DNA of 64,000 bases from contig DURM01000008.1 in the NCBI GenBank assembly GCA_012837335.1, positions 2,224 through 66,223 of the forward strand, in the 5' to 3' direction. The notes below the pieces were generated by a model. That model was not told where the DNA came from and did no database searches. It saw only the letters and a list, made by a program, of their open reading frames with translations. Source of the stretch: Bacillota bacterium (lineage in GTDB: Bacteria > Bacillota > Limnochordia > Darwinibacteriales > DTU012). Below, one piece after another: positions 37,862 to 44,849 of this stretch. Both the position numbers and the translations under genes were made by a program. The number at the start of each line of letters is the position of its first letter. Positions within the stretch are counted from its first letter, which is position 1.

Positions 37862-38725
37862 CTAGTATCTTTCCACTTTCCGCATTCCCAGAGTATAGAC
37901 AATTACTAACGCAACCAAGATCAGGGCGAAATAAATCCAACCCAATGCCGCGGCGTAGCCCATTCCTGTCCGCACGCTGAACATATGCCTGTTGATCGTG
38001 CCGAGCATTTGGTTAAATGGTGATACAGACAGCTCCACAATCGTATACACAGTAGTTAAGACTATAAACGGCCGCAGTGCTGGCAGAGTGATCTTCCAAA
38101 ATGATTCCCACCGCCCTGCTCCGTCAATAGCAGCCGCCTCGTAGACGCTGTCACTGATAGTCTTTAACGCTGCCAGAATCAGCAGAATCTGCACACCAGA
38201 GCTCCACAGCACCAGAGTAAAGCGGGACAGCACAGCGGTGACCGGTTCATTTAGTGACTCAGGCAGCGCGTTGATCAGCATGTTGAACACGTTAAACCGC
38301 GTCATAAAGCTGCCTCCGCCGGCTCCCAGATCAAAGAGCGTGGTAATTACCTGACTTGTTGAGAAGATTACCGGCAGGAAGAAAATCGCCCGGAAGATGC
38401 CTCTACCCCACACTTCCTCGTTAATTAACAGTCCGACCAAGAGTGAGAAAATCACGATAATCGGCACAGAAATCAGGGATTCCTGAACAAAAGCTGCCAG
38501 TTCCACGGGAAAAACGTTATCGCTCAGGAACGCGTAGATATAGTTATCCCAGCCGACAAAAGTGAAGTTGATGGCAGTGGCGGTTACCTGCACTTCCGTA
38601 AAACTCATATACAGGGAATAAGCCAGCGGAAAAGCCATAAACACGATAAAACCTACCAGCCACGGCAGGATGAAGGTAAATCCCTCCAGCGAACGACGAG
38701 CAGCTAAGGACAGCTTCAGTTTCAT
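37862..38725 (-). CDS. Carbohydrate ABC transporter permease (MalF-like, CUT1)
   Basis: 6 TM helices and the EAA loop YEAAAIDGAGRWESFWKITLPALRP. ATGA overlap with the upstream 729-aa gene. Confidence 0.85.
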   Translation of the reverse strand: MKLKLSLAARRSLEGFTFILPWLVGFIVFMAFPLAYSLYMSFTEVQVTATAINFTFVGWDNYIYAFLSDNVFPVELAAFVQESLISVPIIVIFSLLVGLLINEEVWGRGIFRAIFFLPVIFSTSQVITTLFDLGAGGGSFMTRFNVFNMLINALPESLNEPVTAVLSRFTLVLWSSGVQILLILAALKTISDSVYEAAAIDGAGRWESFWKITLPALRPFIVLTTVYTIVELSVSPFNQMLGTINRHMFSVRTGMGYAAALGWIYFALILVALVIVYTLGMRKVERY

Positions 38726-40911
38726 TGGATTTGTCCCTCCTTATCAAAGACGGCAAAGGAATTGCCCATCACTGTTGTGCCGCTGTAATCATAAGGGCGG
38801 GTGCCGTAATTAACCACAAAGCGGGTTCCATCTTCATACTCAGTCAGAAACACATCAGCCGCTAGCGGTCTGTGGTCGACGATAAACTGATCATGCACCT
38901 GCTGCAGCTTTAGATTAATCTTCTGGTACTGCTCCACGGTTCGATCCAGCCAATCAAGATAATAGGTACTGTACATGTCGCTGGACAGTGTGTAGCGGAG
39001 ATGCCATGACGGCTCAGCTGTCAGCACAAAGCTGGGCAGCGCGCCGTACTCAACCGCCCGCAGCAGATCTCTGGTAGGATTGATGCTGAGATTGAGATGG
39101 TCGGTATAATATGTTACCAGCCCGTGCACAGCAATTTGGTAAAAAGGTATCGACTGGTCGATAAAGGAATCCTGGGTAGTCTGCAGGGGAATATCCTGAA
39201 TGAAATCTATCGACCCGATTAAATACGCGTTACCGGTAGTAACGCCGATGGTGTCAACATACTCCCGGGTTAAATCGATCAGCTGTTTGTAAAGCAAGCG
39301 CGCATCGCGGCGTTGAATCTTCGCTTCGATGTTGGGATTGTGATCGCTGTTCAGAGCAGACCCAATGGAAAGGTGCACCAGACCGTCCACTCCATACTGG
39401 GCGATTTTGGGAATATCCCGCTCTGCATACTCCAAGCTGATCTTAGGCGAGATCAGATAGGTGGTGACGTCCGGCGCGCCAATCGCAAAGCCATAGGATG
39501 ACATCCGGATTAAGTCATTAAACGCAGTGCGGCTGGCCTGAGTAGACGGCTGAAATCCATTGTTTGAACCGCGCGCGATCGTATAATCATCGGCCAGCAG
39601 AATTCTAATGCCGCGTTCATGCAGCTGGTCAACCAGTGAGCGAAGTCCTTCTTCTCCGCCCAGTTCTTTCTCCGGTGGTAACCGCCTTGGCAGATTGCCG
39701 TGGATTCCCATCCGGTTCCAGCCTCTGAAATTGATGATTAAGTTATCAACACCACTGGCGAGCAGCTGGTCAACAACTTCAACTGCCTGCTCAAAGGTGG
39801 TAACAGGCTTGATGACCGGCCCGAAAATGTTGGTCTCATAATCGGCTCCTAACAGCTCAACCAAAAGCGGCGCCTGCCAGGTTTTTGAGTCAATGCGCTT
39901 GGCACCTTGCTCAGCGATTAAATACTCGCGGTAGGTCTGAGCCATTCCCACATAGTCCGCCTGGTCATCGGTCAAGAAGTAGAACCTAATCCGGCGATCG
40001 CCGGGAATTGGATTTTCGTCAAAAATGCGGATGCCGCCTCCCTGCCGAGATGTCCGCATGATAATGGATTGACTGTACCACAGTTCGGCAGTAATCCAGT
40101 TAAGATTAGTAATAACTCCTGCCGGAGTCGCAATTACCTTTGCGGACTCCTGACCTTCCTCAATAATGCCGAGAAATGCTTGGTCCCAAGTTTTCATCCC
40201 GAAAATGGGCATTACCACAGGCTCACGGTAGGGATCGTAAGTGGGCTCTGCCGAAGCCGGATCCAAACCGTAAATCCACTGGTTGTACCCAGTTTGGGAA
40301 AGAGACACCTGCTCCTTAAACCACACTAACCCACCGGATCCATCAGGAACAACCATATAACCAGACGGATCTGCTTCACTGGGTTGAGCTCCCAAAAACG
40401 GCAGCAGCCTCAAGGCCAGCAGCTGCAGGTCGCCATTGCCAATCTGGACCTGTTCCCAAGGCACATAGGCAGTCAGTGAGTTATCGGCGAGGGTGTATTC
40501 CACCGTAAAACCGATGCCCGTGTTTTCAAAGTAATAGCGCATGGCAAAACCATTATCGATCTCGGCATACTCAATCTGCACATCCTTTGAATAAGCGTTA
40601 GCTCCCCGCACATTGCGCCTTTTGTCGAAGTAATCTAGATAAATTGGCGACTGAAGATTGCCCTGCCACGCATCAGAAAGCCACATAAATCCATCGATTG
40701 TGCTCACATCGGGATTGGAGTACCAGACTCCCCCGGCACGATCTCGCACAATCAGCTGTCCGTCCTCAGGGCGGGCATACAGCTCAAGATATTCGTTTTG
40801 AGCAGTAAGCTGAAAATCTTCCGGTATTTCTACCGCTGCAACGCTGACACCGGCAGTTACAAATATCAGCAGGAATCCTGTCATCATGAGCATCCGTTTG
40901 CTAGAAAACAC
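38722..40911 (-). CDS. Large secreted protein of unknown function; possibly a TIM-barrel glycoside-hydrolase-like protein (DUF5696-like architecture)
   Basis: 729 aa with a signal peptide (LLIFVTAGVSVAAVE). The central region (VDNLIINFRGWNRMGIHGNLP...IRILLADDY...GVDGLVHLSIGS) alternates beta/alpha segments like a (beta/alpha)8 barrel. The family name is from memory and unverified. Confidence 0.5.
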   Translation of the reverse strand: MFSSKRMLMMTGFLLIFVTAGVSVAAVEIPEDFQLTAQNEYLELYARPEDGQLIVRDRAGGVWYSNPDVSTIDGFMWLSDAWQGNLQSPIYLDYFDKRRNVRGANAYSKDVQIEYAEIDNGFAMRYYFENTGIGFTVEYTLADNSLTAYVPWEQVQIGNGDLQLLALRLLPFLGAQPSEADPSGYMVVPDGSGGLVWFKEQVSLSQTGYNQWIYGLDPASAEPTYDPYREPVVMPIFGMKTWDQAFLGIIEEGQESAKVIATPAGVITNLNWITAELWYSQSIIMRTSRQGGGIRIFDENPIPGDRRIRFYFLTDDQADYVGMAQTYREYLIAEQGAKRIDSKTWQAPLLVELLGADYETNIFGPVIKPVTTFEQAVEVVDQLLASGVDNLIINFRGWNRMGIHGNLPRRLPPEKELGGEEGLRSLVDQLHERGIRILLADDYTIARGSNNGFQPSTQASRTAFNDLIRMSSYGFAIGAPDVTTYLISPKISLEYAERDIPKIAQYGVDGLVHLSIGSALNSDHNPNIEAKIQRRDARLLYKQLIDLTREYVDTIGVTTGNAYLIGSIDFIQDIPLQTTQDSFIDQSIPFYQIAVHGLVTYYTDHLNLSINPTRDLLRAVEYGALPSFVLTAEPSWHLRYTLSSDMYSTYYLDWLDRTVEQYQKINLKLQQVHDQFIVDHRPLAADVFLTEYEDGTRFVVNYGTRPYDYSGTTVMGNSFAVFDKEGQIQ

Positions 40912-43012
40912 GGTAGATCACCTCTTTGTAAAGACCTACAGCAAAGTCGCTGACGTTAAAGGTCATGCCAATCACTAAACCGCCGATTGCACCAATCACC
41001 ACCATCATCAGCACCGATAGGATGCAGTTGGGAATCGCTTCGAAGATCTCGTAGTTATGGATGGTGTAGACCATGACAAAGAACAGAATTGCGCTCCAAA
41101 TCACTGCCACATTCTGGAAGAAATGGTAAACAGGCGCCTCGTAGTTTGTCATCACATTGGAAATTAGGGTTAAAGGAAGCATGATGACGATATAAGGAAC
41201 GAGACAATAAGCACTGGCGATAAACACATCTTTGAATCTGCCTTCACCCTCTTTGAGCGCGCTGATTAGGTAGTGGCCGATTACCCAGATCACCCACGGC
41301 AGAATGAACGTCATGGCTTCAATGCCGAGATTAATGCGATTGCGGTCAATGCTCATAAAGATTAGGTTGGTATAGTAAAGGGAAAAGAGCTTGGTGGCAA
41401 ATGCCAGCAGCACAATGACGCAGGCAGATAACCACGATCCTTTATTGGACCAGCGCACATCATAAAAGCCTTCCGAGGGATGGAAAATAACCGTCTTGGC
41501 GTGCATTAAATCGCCTAATAGACGGTTAACCCGATACCAATCCCGCTTTTGTCTGGGGCGGTGGCGCAGGTACACGCGATTAACAATCTGATAAACAACC
41601 CAAACTGCTGCTAAAATAATCAGGACCTTGTCAAAGTGGTTCAGAAGCCAAGCTCGCCTTGCCCACCAAAATGCATCGGAGTAACCATCAGCGTACTGGG
41701 CGAGATAAAAATGGTCCATGGCTGTCTCAAACTCCTCATTTTGATAGGCTGCCATGCCCAATCCGCGGTGCGCAAAGTCAAAGTTGGAATTGCGCCGCAG
41801 TACTTCTTCCCAGTATTTAGCACTGTCATCGTATCTGCCGTCTTCAAACAAATAAACCGCTTCATGAACTAACTGGGCGAATTCCGTCGGTTTAAAGACA
41901 TGCAGGGTATTGCTGCGGGAATCGGATACGATGATCAGACCATCGGAGCGGATCGCCAGCCCCGCTGCCTGGTTGATCAAACCCATTCTCTCAATCGCAG
42001 CAATACTGCGGCCGCCAAAAACAAACAGCTTATCTCCGTTTGGGGTATATTGGAAAATCTGCCCGGTATTAGCATCCACTGCCGTAATAATGCCTTTCGG
42101 ATCTACAGCTACAGCATTAAACATGGAAACGCCGGTGCGGAAATAGGGTGCGCCATAATCTCTTTCCGGCAGGGTGTTGATGCCGCCGAGGTTAAAGCGC
42201 TTGACCTGAGCATGACTAGTCGAGATCGTAGCAGTGTAGATCTGCCCGCGCTGATCAATCGTTACAAAGCTGGGAGAACCGGGCAGGCGCCGTTTTTCCC
42301 GTCCTAACTGTTCTTCAGTAAAGAAGATCTGCTTTAAGACCCACATTAAGTCAAAACCGGCCTGATTGCCGCCGATAAAACCAAGAAACTCACCAGATTC
42401 TGACAGCTGCACTAAGCCCCGATAGCCGCCCTCGGTAACGATAAACAGTGAGCCGCGGTGATCCACTACCAGCGATACCGGGGCAAACCGGTAATCCACG
42501 CCAAAGATCTGGGAATCTGGTCTGCCGTACGCCTGCATGAACTCACCGGTAGGGCTGAATACAGCCACCCGGCTGTTGCCGGTATCCGCCACAAAGATGC
42601 GGCCATCCTCATGCACAAATACACCCTGCGGCCGCGACAGGCGTCCCTGGCCGGAACTATCCCCGATCGAGCGCAAATAATTAAACTCATCATCATACTC
42701 GACGATGCGGTTATTGCCTGCATCCGCGATGTAGAGATGGTTCTTGCTGTCTACTGCTAAGCCCTGCGGCTGACTGAAGGGCACTATTGCATAGCCTGAT
42801 ATTGACCAGGGATCCTCCAAGCGGATATCAAACCCATCCAGCATGAGAATCGGTTCATAGGGGGCCGGAGACACAACCGGCTGGCCCCAGGCATCAAAAC
42901 TGAAACTGGGGTACGGAACGGCAGCTGAGATCGGCACTTTCAGCCCAACAATCACCAGACCGATAATCACTAAACTAACTGATAACCTGTAAAATCGCTG
43001 CACCGAATCCAC
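40901..43012 (-). CDS. Membrane protein with an extracytoplasmic NHL-repeat beta-propeller, a TPR-like linker and a C-terminal Yip1-type 5-TM domain
   Basis: 703 aa. NHL-like blades include LYIADAGNNRIVEYD, IFVADTGNSRVAVFS, IITAVDANTGQIFQY and LIIVSDSRSNTLHVF. The C-terminal 230 aa form 5 TM helices like Yip1/DUF1282. An alternative GTG start at 43003 has a better Shine-Dalgarno (GAGGTGG). Confidence 0.65.
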   Translation of the reverse strand: MDSVQRFYRLSVSLVIIGLVIVGLKVPISAAVPYPSFSFDAWGQPVVSPAPYEPILMLDGFDIRLEDPWSISGYAIVPFSQPQGLAVDSKNHLYIADAGNNRIVEYDDEFNYLRSIGDSSGQGRLSRPQGVFVHEDGRIFVADTGNSRVAVFSPTGEFMQAYGRPDSQIFGVDYRFAPVSLVVDHRGSLFIVTEGGYRGLVQLSESGEFLGFIGGNQAGFDLMWVLKQIFFTEEQLGREKRRLPGSPSFVTIDQRGQIYTATISTSHAQVKRFNLGGINTLPERDYGAPYFRTGVSMFNAVAVDPKGIITAVDANTGQIFQYTPNGDKLFVFGGRSIAAIERMGLINQAAGLAIRSDGLIIVSDSRSNTLHVFKPTEFAQLVHEAVYLFEDGRYDDSAKYWEEVLRRNSNFDFAHRGLGMAAYQNEEFETAMDHFYLAQYADGYSDAFWWARRAWLLNHFDKVLIILAAVWVVYQIVNRVYLRHRPRQKRDWYRVNRLLGDLMHAKTVIFHPSEGFYDVRWSNKGSWLSACVIVLLAFATKLFSLYYTNLIFMSIDRNRINLGIEAMTFILPWVIWVIGHYLISALKEGEGRFKDVFIASAYCLVPYIVIMLPLTLISNVMTNYEAPVYHFFQNVAVIWSAILFFVMVYTIHNYEIFEAIPNCILSVLMMVVIGAIGGLVIGMTFNVSDFAVGLYKEVIYRVF

Positions 43013-43013
43013 C

Positions 43014-43871
43014 TCACTTCAGGCCCGAATGTGCCATAGTTTGAATTACTCGGTTCTGCATGACCAGGAAGAAGATCAAGTTTGGCAGAAACATCAGCAA
43101 ACCTGCGGCAGCCGCTGCTCCCTGTCCGGCCACATTGTTAGCTAGACCGGAAGTGAGGGTGCCGAGGAAAAACGGCAGCGTCCGCATGGCTTCGTTTTCA
43201 ATATAATAAATCGATGGCTCCATGGTATTCCACGCTGATTGAAAAGTCAGCAGCGCGATTGTGCTCACTGCCGGACGGCAGATCGGATAAATAATCCGAA
43301 ACAGGATATGCCACTCTGACGCACCGTCGATTCTGGCGGCAGCCAGCAGATCTTCGGGTACCTGATCCACAAACTGCTTAAACAAAAACACACTCACGGG
43401 CGCTGCTACCAGCGGCAGGATATGGGCCAAGTATGTATCAATAATTCCCAGACGCTGCACAATGATGTAACGGGGAATGATCACTGCCTGAGGAGCAAAC
43501 ATCAAGGCCATAATGGTCATATTGAGAATCGCGTTTTTGCCGAGAAAATTATGTTTAGATAGGGCAAATGCTACCATCGTGCTGAAAGCAACTACTACAA
43601 TCACCGTTGCCGCAGCCGAAAATACACTGTTAAACAGATACCTAACTACCGGTACCACCGCAGCATCTACCGAAGTCAGCAGCTGAGAAAAGTTGTCCAG
43701 CGTAGGATTCATCACATAAAAGCGGGGTGGATAAAGAAATAATTCGCTTAAAGGCTTAAACGCCTGCATGAAGATGAACACAATCGGCAGCAGCATAAAA
43801 ACAGCTAGAAAACTTAAGAACAGCGTCAGGATAATTTGGGTTAAGTCCATCTTAAAGAGCCGAAAGCGCAT
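43014..43871 (-). CDS. Carbohydrate ABC transporter permease (MalG-like, CUT1)
   Basis: 6 TM helices and the EAA loop LAAARIDGASEWHILFRIIYPICRP. AAGGAGGGGG lies upstream within the end of the preceding gene. Confidence 0.85.
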   Translation of the reverse strand: MRFRLFKMDLTQIILTLFLSFLAVFMLLPIVFIFMQAFKPLSELFLYPPRFYVMNPTLDNFSQLLTSVDAAVVPVVRYLFNSVFSAAATVIVVVAFSTMVAFALSKHNFLGKNAILNMTIMALMFAPQAVIIPRYIIVQRLGIIDTYLAHILPLVAAPVSVFLFKQFVDQVPEDLLAAARIDGASEWHILFRIIYPICRPAVSTIALLTFQSAWNTMEPSIYYIENEAMRTLPFFLGTLTSGLANNVAGQGAAAAAGLLMFLPNLIFFLVMQNRVIQTMAHSGLK

Positions 43872-43874
43872 CGA

Positions 43875-44849
43875 TTATTCCCCCTCCTTTGGCCCAAAAA
43901 GTGCCCACGCAAGCTTGCTGGATATATAAACAATAATCAGCAGAACTACGGAAATTGCCGCGGCATAACCCATTTCGAAGCGCTGGAAAGCAAAGTCATC
44001 GATATGGTTGAGAATCAGCTGACCCGCGTAGTTGGGAGTTGGGTTTTGACCAGACAGAGTCACCCCGATTGCCCCCGCTTGGAGAGTGTTGACAATTGAC
44101 ATCACTGCTCCAAACAGCATCTGCGGTTTAACCGATGGAATTGTGATGTAAAAGATCTCCTGAGCCCGATTTTTAATTCCGTCGATCCGAGCTGCTTCAT
44201 ACAGCTGGGGATCAACATTTAGAATACCGGCCATCATTGCCAAGAAACCTACTCCCATACTGCTCCACAGTGTGACGATAATCATAACAGGCATCAGCCA
44301 CTGCTCACTGTGGAGCCAGTTAATCGGTTCGGTAATAACTCCCAGCCCCAGCAAAAAGCTGTTCAGATAGCCAACCCGGTCTCCGCTGAACAAAACCAGC
44401 CAAATGGCTGACATGGCCACCGCGGCTGCCATCGAAGGGGTGTACAGAGCTAAGCTATAGACGGTCCGCATCCGCTGGGGCAGCTGGGCAATCAGCCAGG
44501 CTAACAGAAACGACAGCAGATATCCGCCCGGACCCACAATTATGGCAAACGTAAAGGTATTGGGCAGGACATGGGTCATAAATACATCATCTTCAGTAAA
44601 AAGATAGATATAGTTGAGCAGCCCTACAAACCGAGGTGTTTCAATCATATTGTAAAAGGTAAAGGAAAGCCCGATCGCTCCTAAAACCGGCAGGAGAATG
44701 AAAATCGTAAAGCAGATTACATATGGGGCAACCATGACATAGGATACCCGGTCCTGCCAGAGGCGCCGGCCGAAGCTCCTAAGCCTTGCTCCGAGCCCCG
44801 GTGAAGTAGGCCGCAGCGCCCGCTCATATGCCGGAGTTTGAGATTTCAT
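43875..44849 (-). CDS. Carbohydrate ABC transporter permease (MalF-like, CUT1)
   Basis: 6 TM helices and the EAA loop [26 protein letters not shown]. The ATG directly abuts the TAG of the 967-aa SBP gene. Confidence 0.85.
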   Translation of the reverse strand: MKSQTPAYERALRPTSPGLGARLRSFGRRLWQDRVSYVMVAPYVICFTIFILLPVLGAIGLSFTFYNMIETPRFVGLLNYIYLFTEDDVFMTHVLPNTFTFAIIVGPGGYLLSFLLAWLIAQLPQRMRTVYSLALYTPSMAAAVAMSAIWLVLFSGDRVGYLNSFLLGLGVITEPINWLHSEQWLMPVMIIVTLWSSMGVGFLAMMAGILNVDPQLYEAARIDGIKNRAQEIFYITIPSVKPQMLFGAVMSIVNTLQAGAIGVTLSGQNPTPNYAGQLILNHIDDFAFQRFEMGYAAAISVVLLIIVYISSKLAWALFGPKEGE

